A stretch of DNA of 64,000 nt from Barnesiella sp. (GCA_014801075.1 JAAVEW010000020.1:94037-158036); one strand, 5' to 3'; shown: positions 9,797-21,141, counted from the stretch's first letter. Numbers and translations are program-made. The notes: generated from the sequence alone by a model not told the origin.

Positions 9797-11026
9797 TTAT
9801 GCTTTCTGAGCTACGAGGCGGGCGATGTTGACGATAACCTCTACGGCCTTTTCCATGGAGCGGACGGGCACGTACTCGTAGCGGCCGTGGAAGTTGAGAC
9901 CGCCTGCAAAGATGTTGGGGCAGGGGAGGCCTTTGAATGAGAGCTGGGCGCCGTCAGTGCCGCCGCGTATGGGCACTACCTTGGGCACTACGCCGCTTTC
10001 GCGCATCGCTTCCTGAGCAATGTCGATGATGTGCATAACGGGCTCTATCTTCTCGCGCATGTTGAAATACTGGTCCTTGATTTCGATGTCGCACACGCCG
10101 GGGAACTCGTTGTTGATTTTGCGGGCGAGGTGCTGCAGTTCCTTCTTGCGGCGCTCGAAGCGGTCGCGGTCGTGGTCGCGGATGATGTAGGTGAGCACGG
10201 TTTTCTCCACAGAGCCTTCGAAGGAGATGAGGTGGTAGAAGCCTTCGTAGCCTTCGGTGTGTTCGGGAGTCTCCCATCGGGGGAGCATGATGACGAACTG
10301 GTTGGCGATGCGGATAGAGTTGATCATCTTGTGGTAGGCGTATCCGGGGTGAACGTTGCGGCCGTGGAAGGTGACCTTGGCAACGGCGGCGTTGAAGTTT
10401 TCGAACTCAAGTTCGCCTATCTCTCCGCCGTCCATAGTGTAGGCCCAGTCGGCGCCAAATCGTTCAACGTCAAATTTATGAGCGCCCTGGCCTATCTCCT
10501 CGTCGGGGTTGAAGGCGATGGCTATGTCGCCGTGCTCCACTTCGGGGTGGGCCTGCAGCCAGGCGATGGCGGTGATGATTTCGGCTACGCCGGCTTTGTC
10601 GTCGGCGCCGAGCAGTGTGTTGCCGTCGGTGACGATGAGGTCCTGACCTTCGTAGTGGTCGAGCTCGGGGAAGTCGGAGGGGGAGAGGATGATATTCTTG
10701 TCGGCGTTGAGCACGATGTCCTTGCCGTCATAGTTGCTTACTATGCGGGGGTTGACGTTGTGGCCCGACATGTCGGGCGACGTGTCGAGGTGGGCGATGA
10801 AGCCGACGGTGGGGAGCTTCTTGGAGGAGTTGGAGGGGAGGCGGGCCATCAGGTAGCCGTTATCGTCGAGGTAAATGTCGGCGAGGTTCATGTCGCGGAG
10901 CTCCTGCTCGAGGTGCTGCGCGAATATCATCTGCCCCGGAGTGGAGGGGGTGAGGTTGGTGAGTTCGTCACTCTGGGTGTCGAACTTCACGTATTTCAGA
11001 AATCTATCAACGACAGAGGTATTCAT
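9797..11026 (-). CDS. pepT: Peptidase T (M20 tripeptide aminopeptidase)
   Basis: [23 protein letters not shown] and IRGGTDG motifs. Start set at [12 protein letters not shown] (11026). Confidence 0.95.
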   Translation of the reverse strand: MNTSVVDRFLKYVKFDTQSDELTNLTPSTPGQMIFAQHLEQELRDMNLADIYLDDNGYLMARLPSNSSKKLPTVGFIAHLDTSPDMSGHNVNPRIVSNYDGKDIVLNADKNIILSPSDFPELDHYEGQDLIVTDGNTLLGADDKAGVAEIITAIAWLQAHPEVEHGDIAIAFNPDEEIGQGAHKFDVERFGADWAYTMDGGEIGELEFENFNAAVAKVTFHGRNVHPGYAYHKMINSIRIANQFVIMLPRWETPEHTEGYEGFYHLISFEGSVEKTVLTYIIRDHDRDRFERRKKELQHLARKINNEFPGVCDIEIKDQYFNMREKIEPVMHIIDIAQEAMRESGVVPKVVPIRGGTDGAQLSFKGLPCPNIFAGGLNFHGRYEYVPVRSMEKAVEVIVNIARLVAQKA

Positions 11027-11559
11027 GGAATTATTAGTAAAATGAGTTATATAATGATGCAAAGTTAACAAAAATGTGGGAACTGCTCTATTTTTCCGAC
11101 ATTTTATTTGCAATTTCGGGCCAACGGGGAGCAAGAGGGCGCAACTTTATCGGGGCGATTGTGAAATATTTTTTAGAAAAATGTTTAAAATATGAAAAAT
11201 TTTACTTTAATTTGTAGAATAATCCCTAAAAGGATAGGGAGAAGTAAATTAAGTCAAAGGAGCAAATTAACTAAGATGTATATCTGACCTTAACGCACCA
11301 TGAAACTGTAATACGAGCGTAAAGAGTTAGCTATTAAAGGATTAAAGTGTAAACTGGCCATAGTTCCCGGCTATTTGCGGGAATTGCGTGCGGGAAGATG
11401 TACTCTTATGCCGAGATGCCCCATTGATTACATAATTTAACAGAATGTCGTTTCGCAGTGATTATTCAGCGAATAGTTGTTACGACCGACATCCCGAAAC
11501 AGAAAATTGAGATTATATATATTTATTGTAAAACCCAAATTAACTAAAAATTTTCTTGC

Positions 11560-14500
11560 ATGAAGAACATTTGTTTTCAAATGACTCGGAAAGCGTGGCT
11601 TACCATCGTAATGGTGTTGTGCCTTTCTTTCCCTGCTTTAGCGCAGAAAACTACAGTCACAGGTACTGTAGTTGATTACGAGGGCGAACCCGCCATCGGT
11701 GCAAGTGTCATCGCTGAAGGTACAAGCAACGGCGTTGCCACTGACTTCGATGGTAACTACAGCATCGACGTTGCCCCCAACGCCGTCCTCGTAGTATCTT
11801 ATGTGGGTTGCGAGACTCAACGTATTCCCGTTGACGGCCGCACTCATATAGATGTAACCCTTAAATCCAATGCGGTAGTCCTCAACGAGGTCGTAGCCAT
11901 CGGTTACGGTACGGTGAAGAAATCCGATGCCACAGGATCGGTAGCCGTAATCAAGCCCGACGAAATCGAAGCCGGTCTTGCCACTTCGGCCCAGGACATG
12001 CTCGTGGGCGCAACCCCCGGTGTTGTTGTAACCACTACCGGTAACCCCTCGGAAGGCGGTACAATCCGTATCCGTGGCGGCTCCTCACTGTCAGCATCCA
12101 ATGACCCGTTGATTATTGTCGACGGTGTGCCCATGGACGGCGGTTCGGTGAAAGGTTCTTCCAACCCTCTGGCGCTCATCTCGCCCGAGAACATCGAGTC
12201 AATGACCGTGCTCAAGGATGCATCGGCAACCGCTATCTACGGTTCGCGCGCATCAAACGGTGTCATCATCGTTACTACCAAGAAAGGTCAGGCAGGCAAG
12301 CCCCAGGTTAACTTCTCGGCCAACCTTTACGTAGCCACTTCACGCAAGAAAGTTGATATGATGGACGGCAACCAGTTCCGTGCCTACGTTCTCGACCACT
12401 ACGGCGAAGAGTCAAGCCAGGCTACAGGTCTCGGTACCTACAACACCAACTGGCAGGACGAAGTGCTCCGCACATCCGTTTCTTCAGACTATAACCTCTC
12501 GGTAGGCGGTACCGTAGGTATCCTTCCCTACCGCGTAGCAGTAAGCTATACTTCTAACGAAGGTATCATCAAAAAGACCGGTATGGACCGCGCGACTGCC
12601 AGCATCAACCTGTCGCCCAAGTTCTTCGACGGTCTCCTTCAGGTCAACGCCAACGTCAAGGGCGCTTACGTGCGCAACGAATATGAGCAGGGTGTGCTCG
12701 GCGGAGCTATCAGCTTCAACCCGACTCTCCCCGTCAAGAACCCTGACGGCAACGTGTTCAACAACTGGACTACTTACACCTCGTCAGGCCAGACAGCAGG
12801 CCCCGACACCCCCGGATCGGCCATCAACACCATCGAGGCCATCAACCCCATCTCACGTCTGCAGGACTACGAGTCAAAATCTGACGTGTACCAGTCGGTA
12901 GGTAACCTCCAGCTTGACCTGCGCATGCCCTTCCTCCGCGACCTGCGTGCCAACCTCAACCTCGGCTACGACTACAGCCACGGTTCGGTAACAAGCTACA
13001 ACTATCCCTTCTCACCCGAGGCATGGAAAGCGGGCCACCGCTCACCCGGCGTAGAGGATGCAGTGAAGGACGGTTACTCAACCATCAACTACGAGAAACA
13101 GCGTATCTACAACCTCCTTCTCGAGTTCTACCTCAACTACAACAAGGACCTCGCAGCCATCCAGTCATCAATCGACGTGACCGCCGGTTACTCTTGGCAG
13201 AAATTCTACAACAAGGGTTGCAACTGGAGCCCCGTTTACGCTCCCGGCCAGGAATTTGACGGCTACCTCTACAATCCCCGCACTGACTACAGCAAGCCCT
13301 ATCAGCTCGTATCGTTCTTCGGTCGTCTGCAGTATGGCTTCATGGACAAATATCTGTTGACAGTAACTGTACGTCGCGACGGTTCGTCACGCTTCAGCAA
13401 GGACAACCGTTGGGGCACATTCCCCTCAGTGGCTCTCGCATGGCGCATGATCGACGAGTCGTTCATGGAAGGCGCCCGCGGCTGGCTCTCTGACCTTAAG
13501 ATTCGCGGTACATGGGGTATCACCGGTCAGCAGAACCTCGGTGACGACTTCTCACGCCTCTTCCCCTACCTCCCCATCTACAACGTGTGGACCGGTTCGG
13601 AAAACATGGGCTTCAACCCCATTACCGGCGCTTACCTCCCCATCGTAGCTCCCAGCAGCTATAACGCCGACCTCAAATGGGAGGAAACAACTACATGGAA
13701 CCTCGGTGTTGACTTCGGTTTCCTCAACAACCGCATCAACGGTAGCATCGATGCTTACTACCGCAAGACCAAGGACCTCCTTACCAGCACCACTTACGCT
13801 GCAGGTTCTAACCTCGGCCCTGACGGTCCCATGAATATCGGTGACCTTACCAACAAAGGTATCGAGTTCAACTTGATCACCCGTCCTATCGTGACCCGTG
13901 ACTTCACATGGAACTCAAGCCTCAACGTCTCTTACAACAAGAACGAAATCACTCACCTCGCGCAGGGTGCCGACATCCCCACCGGTGACATCGGCAACTC
14001 GCTCAACGTGCAGCTCCAGCGCGAAGGCTACGCAGCCAACTCATTCTTCGTTTACGAGCAGGTGTACAACCCCGACGGCACTCCCGCTGAAGGCGTTTAC
14101 GTTGACCGCAACGGCGACGGCCAGCTCACTGATGCCGACAAGTACATGTTCCACAGCCCCGATCCCAAGTGGACTCTCAACTGGCAGAACACCTTCAACG
14201 TGAAGAACTGGGACTTCGGTATCAGCCTGCGCGCCAACTTCGGCAACTGGGTGTTCAACAAGACCCAGCAGGACAACTCGTTCACTTCAGTAACCGACGC
14301 CCTCCCCTTGAGCAACCTTATGAACGATACCTATCTGTTCACCTCAACCCGCTCGACTTCACTGCTCGCCAGCGACTACTGGGTCCAGAACGCATCGTTC
14401 CTGCGCTGCGACAACATCACAGCCGGTTACACATTTGACAACCTCCTGAACAACGCCCTCCGTCTGCGCCTCTTCGCAGCCGTTCAGAATCCCTTCGTAA

Positions 14501-14604
14501 TCACCAAGTACAAAGGTATCGACCCGGAAGTGTTCGGTGGTATCGACTCTAACGTATATCCCAAGCCTGTCACTTTCACCTTCGGTCTTGTGGCTACATT
14601 CTAA
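11560..14604 (+). CDS. SusC/RagA-family TonB-dependent transporter
   Basis: Carboxypeptidase-like N-domain, IRIRGGSS, LKDASATAIYGSRASNGVIIVTTKKG, C-terminal F. Confidence 0.95.
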   Translation: MKNICFQMTRKAWLTIVMVLCLSFPALAQKTTVTGTVVDYEGEPAIGASVIAEGTSNGVATDFDGNYSIDVAPNAVLVVSYVGCETQRIPVDGRTHIDVTLKSNAVVLNEVVAIGYGTVKKSDATGSVAVIKPDEIEAGLATSAQDMLVGATPGVVVTTTGNPSEGGTIRIRGGSSLSASNDPLIIVDGVPMDGGSVKGSSNPLALISPENIESMTVLKDASATAIYGSRASNGVIIVTTKKGQAGKPQVNFSANLYVATSRKKVDMMDGNQFRAYVLDHYGEESSQATGLGTYNTNWQDEVLRTSVSSDYNLSVGGTVGILPYRVAVSYTSNEGIIKKTGMDRATASINLSPKFFDGLLQVNANVKGAYVRNEYEQGVLGGAISFNPTLPVKNPDGNVFNNWTTYTSSGQTAGPDTPGSAINTIEAINPISRLQDYESKSDVYQSVGNLQLDLRMPFLRDLRANLNLGYDYSHGSVTSYNYPFSPEAWKAGHRSPGVEDAVKDGYSTINYEKQRIYNLLLEFYLNYNKDLAAIQSSIDVTAGYSWQKFYNKGCNWSPVYAPGQEFDGYLYNPRTDYSKPYQLVSFFGRLQYGFMDKYLLTVTVRRDGSSRFSKDNRWGTFPSVALAWRMIDESFMEGARGWLSDLKIRGTWGITGQQNLGDDFSRLFPYLPIYNVWTGSENMGFNPITGAYLPIVAPSSYNADLKWEETTTWNLGVDFGFLNNRINGSIDAYYRKTKDLLTSTTYAAGSNLGPDGPMNIGDLTNKGIEFNLITRPIVTRDFTWNSSLNVSYNKNEITHLAQGADIPTGDIGNSLNVQLQREGYAANSFFVYEQVYNPDGTPAEGVYVDRNGDGQLTDADKYMFHSPDPKWTLNWQNTFNVKNWDFGISLRANFGNWVFNKTQQDNSFTSVTDALPLSNLMNDTYLFTSTRSTSLLASDYWVQNASFLRCDNITAGYTFDNLLNNALRLRLFAAVQNPFVITKYKGIDPEVFGGIDSNVYPKPVTFTFGLVATF

Positions 14605-14638
14605 AAATAATTGTTCAATCAATTCATAAAACGATAAT

Positions 14639-16225
14639 ATGAAATTTTTCAAATATATAGCACTCGGTTCAATGGCTTTGTCGCTTGGCGTGGGCGCTTC
14701 ATCATGCGTCGATGACCTTGATGTCACCCCCGATGACCCCGACAAAAAGACCGAGCTTACCACACCCGAAGAGTGGTATGGCTACTTCAGCTCGCTTTAC
14801 GGCAACCTCCGCTATGAAGGCGGACTGACACCCAACGGTGTCGACGGCGGTGCCGGTACATGGATGCGTTGCCACTGGAACCTCCAGACCATCACTGCCG
14901 ACGAGGCAATCATCCTCTCCAAATGGAACGACCCCGGTTACAACGACCTCAAGTTCAACACCTGGATGACCGACAACACCTGGATGTTCATGGCCTACCA
15001 GCGTGAAGCTACTTCGGCAAAACTCTGCTCGGAGTTCATCTCGAAAATTGACGGCGCTGCCGCTGCCGGCGTTGATGCCGACCTTATCGCGCAGATGAAG
15101 TCAGAAGCCCGCGTGCTCCGCGCTTACAGCTACTACTATATGATTGACCTCTTCGGTAAAGGCCCCTGGATTACTAACGAGGCTGTAGGTGTCAACGCTC
15201 CCGTGCTTGAGCGTGCCGACCTCTTCAATGCCGTTACCGCAGAGCTTGAGGATGTCATCGCTAACGGCAATCTCGTAGTCAGCACCAGCCAGACTTATGG
15301 CCGACTCTCCAAAGAGGCTGCCCACATGCTTCTTGCCAAGCTTTACCTCAATGCCGAGGTTTACGCCGGCACTCCGATGTACGACAAGTGTGCAGCTCAC
15401 TGTAAGGAAATCCTCAAGACCACCAACACTCTTGCCGATGATTACCGCTACCTCTTCTGCGCCGACAACGACCGGTACGTAGGTAAAGGCCAGGAAATCA
15501 TCTGGGCTATCGAGCAGGATGCCAACTACATGACTACCTGGGGCGGTACCACCTACCTCACCGCAGGTGCTTACATTGAATCAGTTCCCGATGAAGTGCT
15601 CAACCGCCTCGGCGCTCTCGGTCAGACTCCCTGGACAGGTCTTAAAGTTCGCCCCGAACTTCCCCAGGTGTTTGACAAGGACGGCAGCAGCCGCACAAGC
15701 GACAAGCGCTACCTCTTCTACGAGGGTGAGTTCCAGGAAGGTGTAGAGAACCTCGATGACATCTCTGAGACTTCTGACGGTTTCATGTGTGTCAAGTACA
15801 CTTACACCAACTCAACCGACTACACCAACGAAGCCAACATAGCTCTTACCAACCAGGTATGTAACACTGACTATCCCTTGTTCCGCCTCGCCGACACTTA
15901 TCTGATGCTCGGAGAGTGCCAGAAACGTGGTGTAAACGATGCCGACCCCGGCTTCACTTACTTCAACAAGGTGCGTGACCGCGCAGGTCTTGCCCCGATT
16001 ACCAACCCCACACTCGACGAAATTCTCAACGAGCGCCAGCGTGAGCTCTACTGGGAAGGCCACCGTCGCAGCGACCTTATCCGCTTCGGCAAGTACACCG
16101 GCGGTACTTACAACTGGTCATGGAAGGGCGGTATCTACGAAGGCAAGTCAATCGACTCTTACCGCAATCTGTTTGCAATCCCCTACCAGTACGTAAGCAC
16201 TGTAGGTCAGAACCCCGGTTATTAA
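14639..16225 (+). CDS. SusD/RagB-family glycan-binding lipoprotein
   Basis: Lipobox ASSC; EARVLRAYSYY; FRLADTYLMLGE; ERQRELYWEGHRRSDLIRFG. Confidence 0.93.
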   Translation: MKFFKYIALGSMALSLGVGASSCVDDLDVTPDDPDKKTELTTPEEWYGYFSSLYGNLRYEGGLTPNGVDGGAGTWMRCHWNLQTITADEAIILSKWNDPGYNDLKFNTWMTDNTWMFMAYQREATSAKLCSEFISKIDGAAAAGVDADLIAQMKSEARVLRAYSYYYMIDLFGKGPWITNEAVGVNAPVLERADLFNAVTAELEDVIANGNLVVSTSQTYGRLSKEAAHMLLAKLYLNAEVYAGTPMYDKCAAHCKEILKTTNTLADDYRYLFCADNDRYVGKGQEIIWAIEQDANYMTTWGGTTYLTAGAYIESVPDEVLNRLGALGQTPWTGLKVRPELPQVFDKDGSSRTSDKRYLFYEGEFQEGVENLDDISETSDGFMCVKYTYTNSTDYTNEANIALTNQVCNTDYPLFRLADTYLMLGECQKRGVNDADPGFTYFNKVRDRAGLAPITNPTLDEILNERQRELYWEGHRRSDLIRFGKYTGGTYNWSWKGGIYEGKSIDSYRNLFAIPYQYVSTVGQNPGY

Positions 16226-16267
16226 TCGGGACGCCTGACGGCTTTTAACAAAAGTTTTTAGTAACAA

Positions 16268-17497
16268 ATGTTGAAATTATCTCAAATGAAAAAAATATTA
16301 TTATTCGCCGCTTTGGCGTCCACAATGGCTTTCACAAGCTGTGACGAGTCAAAGGATGACCATCCTACACTCTACCCCAACGATGGAGTGATTGTGGAAA
16401 ACTTCCTCAACACCCCGGAGATGAGCAACATGTCGGTAGAATTTACCCCCGACAATGCAGCCAACGTTGTGCACATGACTTGCTCTCAGCCCTCCTACGG
16501 CTATGCAGCCACCGTGCGCTACAATGTGGAAGTATCATACAGCGAGGACTTCACTACTCCCACTGTTGAAGGTCTTCCCGCCTACGCAACACTCGACACT
16601 CCGTTCTACGACTGTAGCGAAGTAAACCCCACTTATGGTGAACTCGCTACCGCAATGTGCGACCTTCTCGGACTTAAGAGCGAGAAGGAAGTGCCCACCG
16701 GCTACCGCGACCTCTATGCCCGTCTCGTAGCCAACGTGGAAATCGCAGGCGGTGCCAACCTCTATCCCAACACTACCTACATGTCAAATGTAGTGAAACT
16801 CACCCGCGCCAACTGTACCTATCTCGCGGTTATTGTACCCGGCGAACCTACCGGTATCTACCTCCGTGGCGGTATGAACGATTGGGGCGCTCCCGCTGAA
16901 TGGGAATTCCTCACCACTGACGTGGCAGGCGTTTACGCTATCGACGACGCTACTATCGAAGAAGGTGTTGAATTCAAGGTCGCTGATGCCAACTGGGCCG
17001 CTATCAACTACGGTTACAACGGTACCGACATCGAGTTCAACAAGAGCTATGAACTCGCCGGTCCCGACAACCCCGGTAACCTCACAATGCCCCAGAAGTT
17101 CACAGGTCGTATCCAGCTCACTGTCAAAGCCGGTACATACACCCTCCTCTTTGAGCCTGCCGAGCCCGAAACTCCCGGTCTGCAGTCAGGTATCTACCTC
17201 AAAGGCGACATGAACGGCTGGGCCAACGAAGGTGCGTGGGAATTCATCACTACCGAGGTCAAGAACGTATGGCTCGTACAGGGCGTTACCATCGGTGCCG
17301 GCGACGGCTTCAAAGTGGCTGATGCCGACTGGGGTCCCATCAACCTCGGCGGTGCCGCAGGTGAGGTCCTCGCAATTGGCAAGGCGTTCACCCTCGCTTC
17401 AGGCGGTGAGAACATCACCTGTCCCGAGGCATTCACCGGTGACGTAGAGCTGAAAATACAGGGTGGTGCTTACAAACTCACTTTGATTGCCCTCTAA
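16268..17497 (+). CDS. SusE/SusF-like surface glycan-binding lipoprotein
   Basis: Lipobox FTSC; two repeated modules YLRGGMNDWG...FKVADANW and YLKGDMNGWA...FKVADADW. Alternative start at 16286. Confidence 0.8.
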   Translation: MLKLSQMKKILLFAALASTMAFTSCDESKDDHPTLYPNDGVIVENFLNTPEMSNMSVEFTPDNAANVVHMTCSQPSYGYAATVRYNVEVSYSEDFTTPTVEGLPAYATLDTPFYDCSEVNPTYGELATAMCDLLGLKSEKEVPTGYRDLYARLVANVEIAGGANLYPNTTYMSNVVKLTRANCTYLAVIVPGEPTGIYLRGGMNDWGAPAEWEFLTTDVAGVYAIDDATIEEGVEFKVADANWAAINYGYNGTDIEFNKSYELAGPDNPGNLTMPQKFTGRIQLTVKAGTYTLLFEPAEPETPGLQSGIYLKGDMNGWANEGAWEFITTEVKNVWLVQGVTIGAGDGFKVADADWGPINLGGAAGEVLAIGKAFTLASGGENITCPEAFTGDVELKIQGGAYKLTLIAL

Positions 17498-17588
17498 TCA
17501 ACACTGAATATCAAGGACACCGGCCCCTCCCCGCCGCGGGAGGGGAACGGTTTCCGATAATCCAATACAAAAATCAGATTAATCAGAT

Positions 17589-19073
17589 ATGAAAAAATTA
17601 AGCATATTTTTGCTTGGCGCATTGGCCTTTGCCGCCACTTCGTGTGAGGACGGCCCTTCAGTGCCCCCCATTCAGTCCAACCCCCAGGGTCCGGTGTATG
17701 AGATAGAAGGCGTCACTGTTGAAGAGCCCTCTGAGATTACTATAGACCTGCAGGACTATGCCGATGCTGAACGCAATATTCCCGTGGGACACTTCCTCGT
17801 GAGCGATTTTCCCGCAGGATGCGATATGAAGGTCGTGACCTATATAGCAAAGGATGAGACATTTGCCGGTGCTCGTGAAGTAGAGGCTACTCTCACCGAC
17901 AACACCGTGTTCGTCACTCCCGATGACTTCGAGAACGCTTACATCGCAGCTATCAGCAAGAGCCCCGCAGCCAAGGACGTGTATGTGCGTTTCGCCGTAT
18001 ATGCAGTGAACGGCAATTATGAATACCGTATCGGTACTGAAAACAGCTACCTCGGCGGTTACTTCCTCAACGTTACTCCCTATCCCTCTGACCTCGTGCT
18101 CGAGCAGAACTACTACCTCGTAGGTACAGTCAACGGTTGGGACGTAGCTACAGCTCTCAAATTTGACCACTCGGGTGCAAGCCCCTACGATGATCCTATC
18201 TTCACTATCGTAGTTGATATCACTCAGGATCAGGCCGCCAATGGCTGGTGGTGGAAGATTGTTCCCCAGTCAACCTACGAGGCCGGCACTTGGGTAAGTG
18301 CAGCCAACTCGTCATTCGGTCCTGAAGAGAACGGCAGCGAGGATATGGAAGGCATGCTCTTCGCGTCAAAGATGGAAGATGGCGAATATGTTGACTCACA
18401 GGCCGGCTGTCTCTACGACTACGGTACTTACATGCTGACAATCAACATGGTTGAGGGTACTTACAAGTTCTCACTCGCAGTTCCCCATCTTTATATCATG
18501 GGCGACGCTGCAGGCTGGGACTGGAACTCACCCCTCGTGGCCGAGATGCAGACTTCTGACTACACCAACTACTACGCGTTCGCACGTCTGTCGGTAGGCG
18601 GTTACAAGTTCACCTCGGAAAAGGATTGGTCAGCAACCTTCAATCTCGGTATTGACGGTACTCCCGAAATCACTGACAACAATATCAGTGGCAAGCTCGT
18701 CAACGGCGGTAACAACAACGTTATGCCCGAGGAGACCGGTCTCTACTGGAACCACGTTAACCTCGCTACGTTCGACTTCCAGTCGTTCTACATCTCTACA
18801 CTCGGTGTAATCGGCGACTGTACCCCCGCAGGTTGGGACGCTTCAACAGCTCTCACTCCCTCGGCCGACGGTCTCGTATGGGAAGGTGACATCGAGTTCG
18901 GCGCTACCGGCGAGTTCAAGATTCGTGCCAACGACGCCTGGGATATCAGCCTCGGCGGCGACATGGACAACCTCGGCTGGGATAACGCTCCCAACATGCC
19001 CACCCCCGGTGCCGGCGTGAAACACGTTGTCCTCAACCTCTCTCAGTATCCCTACACTCTGACTATCCAGTAA
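17589..19073 (+). CDS. SusE/SusF-like surface glycan-binding lipoprotein
   Basis: Lipobox ATSC; YYLVGTVNGW, LGVIGDCTPAGWD and EFKIRANDAW modules. Confidence 0.8.
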   Translation: MKKLSIFLLGALAFAATSCEDGPSVPPIQSNPQGPVYEIEGVTVEEPSEITIDLQDYADAERNIPVGHFLVSDFPAGCDMKVVTYIAKDETFAGAREVEATLTDNTVFVTPDDFENAYIAAISKSPAAKDVYVRFAVYAVNGNYEYRIGTENSYLGGYFLNVTPYPSDLVLEQNYYLVGTVNGWDVATALKFDHSGASPYDDPIFTIVVDITQDQAANGWWWKIVPQSTYEAGTWVSAANSSFGPEENGSEDMEGMLFASKMEDGEYVDSQAGCLYDYGTYMLTINMVEGTYKFSLAVPHLYIMGDAAGWDWNSPLVAEMQTSDYTNYYAFARLSVGGYKFTSEKDWSATFNLGIDGTPEITDNNISGKLVNGGNNNVMPEETGLYWNHVNLATFDFQSFYISTLGVIGDCTPAGWDASTALTPSADGLVWEGDIEFGATGEFKIRANDAWDISLGGDMDNLGWDNAPNMPTPGAGVKHVVLNLSQYPYTLTIQ

Positions 19074-19150
19074 TAACTGACCTCAGCAATACCAAGCGCG
19101 GACTCCGATGCGGAGCCCGCGCTTCGTGTATTTGGGGGTGGGGGCGTGGC

Positions 19151-19350
19151 GGGGCCGTCCTCGGCCGCGCTTCGTGGCGCTTCGTGGCGGGGGTCTCCTG
19201 ACCCGCGCTCTGCCACTTTTGGAATTATACAAGGAGTGGGTGAGTGTCGAATTGTGTAAGTGGGTGAGCGCGGGTCAGGAGACCCCCGCCACGAGGCGTT
19301 ACGAGGCGTCAAATTGCGTAGGGTGGTGTAGTGCGGCCGAGGACGGCCCC
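19151..19350. repeat. Nested inverted REP-like repeat cluster
   Basis: Perfect 29-bp IR 19182-19210/19266-19294 inside a perfect 18-bp IR 19151-19168/19333-19350. Confidence 0.8.
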
Positions 19351-19545
19351 ACCACGAGGCCCACGAGGTGACACGGGGCGTTGCTGCGTGGTTTCCTCCC
19401 TTTTTTATATTAATTGCAACGGGAGTTGCTTTGGGTTATGGAATTTTTTGGTTTATTTGCGGGTGTTAAACTTGTCAATTATTTTGGGTGACAATCTTGT
19501 CAAATTTGAGGTTGTCAATCTTGAGATATAATACTTAATAGTATC

Positions 19546-21141
19546 ATGAAAAAAATTGCTGTATCTTTAGTTTTTGCTGTGGGCAGTATTGCGGTAGCGA
19601 ATGCTGCCAATCCGTATCTGCCTTTGTGGGAATATATACCTGACGGGGAGCCGCACGTGTTCGACGACCCTGATGTGCCGGGAGAGAAGAGGGTCTATAT
19701 CTACGGGTCGCACGACTCGCGCGTGACCGATTTCTGCGGCCGCGAGCAGGTGGTGTGGTCGGCGCCGGTCGACAGTCTCGACCGCTGGCGCTACGACGGG
19801 GTGATATTTGCCGCCGTCACTGACCGCGACGGCAATCAGCTCAACGACGATGGTCTCGGCGACATACTCTACGCCCCCGATGTGGCCGTGGTGCATGACG
19901 AGGCGGGAGTGCCCACATACTACCTCTTCCCCAACGACCAGGCTGACGGCCGCAAGGGACTTATCGCCCGAAGCAGCCGTCCCGACGGCCCGTTTGAGGT
20001 GTGCAACTGGAGCGAGGATAATCCCAAGGAAACGTATGGCGTATTCGGCTTCGACCCCTCGGTGCTGGTCGATGACGATGGCCGCATATATGGCTACTGG
20101 GGCTTCGAGGAGAGTTTCATGGCCGAGCTCGACCCCGCCACGATGTCGACCGTGAAGCCGGGCACCGAGCTGAAGGTACGCGCCGTGCCGGGATTCTCGC
20201 AGGATGATGTGGCCCGTTTCTTCGAGGCCTCGTCGATGCGTAAAATAGGCGACAAATATGTATTTGTGTACAGCCGCTCGACGGCCGACGGTGATTTCGG
20301 TCTCGGTTCAAGCAACTACACGCTGGCCTACGCCTACGGTGACACGCCGCTCGGCCCGTGGACCTACGGGGGTACAATCATCGACGGCCGCGGCCGCACC
20401 GTGCTGCCCGACGGCACCACCATCTACACCGCCCATCCCAACGGCAACACCCACGGTGGTCTCTGTCAGCTCGGCGGACAGTGGTACATATTCTATCACC
20501 GACAGTGCGGCCTCGACGAGTTCTCGCGTCAGGCCATGGTGGCCCCGGTGGAGGTGACAGTGGAGTCCGGTCCCGGCGGAAAGGTCACTATCAGCGAGGC
20601 CGAGTACACGTCGGAGGGATTTGAAATCAACGGTCTCAATCCGCTCAACACCTATCCCGCAGGCATAGCGTGTCACTACACCGGCCACCAGCCCGCCATA
20701 GAGACCGGATGGCCCCACAAGCGATTCTACGGCTCTTACATACAGCCGGGACGACACGACGGCGACCCCGCCTCGGTGCCCGCCGATGTCAATCTGAGGG
20801 TCAACCCCGTGGTCAATAACGTTGACGGCGCCGTGACCGGCTACAAGTATTTCAACTTCGACCTGCTCGACTCTTCGCGCCCCGCCGAACTGCTGCTTAC
20901 CATGCGCCCCACGGGAGTGAAAGGCACGATTGAAATCCTTGCCGGCGACATATACCGCGACCCCGTGAAGCTCGGCGAGACAGCGCTCGGCGACGCGGCC
21001 GGCGACGCGGAGACCACGCTGCGCGTGCCGCTCGATAAGATTGACCGCCTGCATGGTAAGATGCCCCTCTATTTCCGCGTCAGCTCCCCGGAGCAGGATG
21101 CCTCGGTGGGTGATATGCTCTATTTCCGATTCAATCAGTGA
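19546..21141 (+). CDS. Glycoside hydrolase family 43 protein with signal peptide
   Basis: NPYLPLWEYIPDGEPHVF, YAPDV, FDPSVLVDDDGRIYGYWG, FFEASSMRK and GNTHGG motifs. Confidence 0.85.
   Translation: MKKIAVSLVFAVGSIAVANAANPYLPLWEYIPDGEPHVFDDPDVPGEKRVYIYGSHDSRVTDFCGREQVVWSAPVDSLDRWRYDGVIFAAVTDRDGNQLNDDGLGDILYAPDVAVVHDEAGVPTYYLFPNDQADGRKGLIARSSRPDGPFEVCNWSEDNPKETYGVFGFDPSVLVDDDGRIYGYWGFEESFMAELDPATMSTVKPGTELKVRAVPGFSQDDVARFFEASSMRKIGDKYVFVYSRSTADGDFGLGSSNYTLAYAYGDTPLGPWTYGGTIIDGRGRTVLPDGTTIYTAHPNGNTHGGLCQLGGQWYIFYHRQCGLDEFSRQAMVAPVEVTVESGPGGKVTISEAEYTSEGFEINGLNPLNTYPAGIACHYTGHQPAIETGWPHKRFYGSYIQPGRHDGDPASVPADVNLRVNPVVNNVDGAVTGYKYFNFDLLDSSRPAELLLTMRPTGVKGTIEILAGDIYRDPVKLGETALGDAAGDAETTLRVPLDKIDRLHGKMPLYFRVSSPEQDASVGDMLYFRFNQ

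Noticed and set aside
9004-11068. Long overlapping ORFs 9004-9690, 9954-10277 and 10031-11068
   Set aside because: Shadow frames of miaA and pepT caused by GC3 bias; no recognisable motifs.
19151-19350. CRISPR array
   Set aside because: Repeats are inverted and nested, not direct with regular unique spacers; no cas genes.
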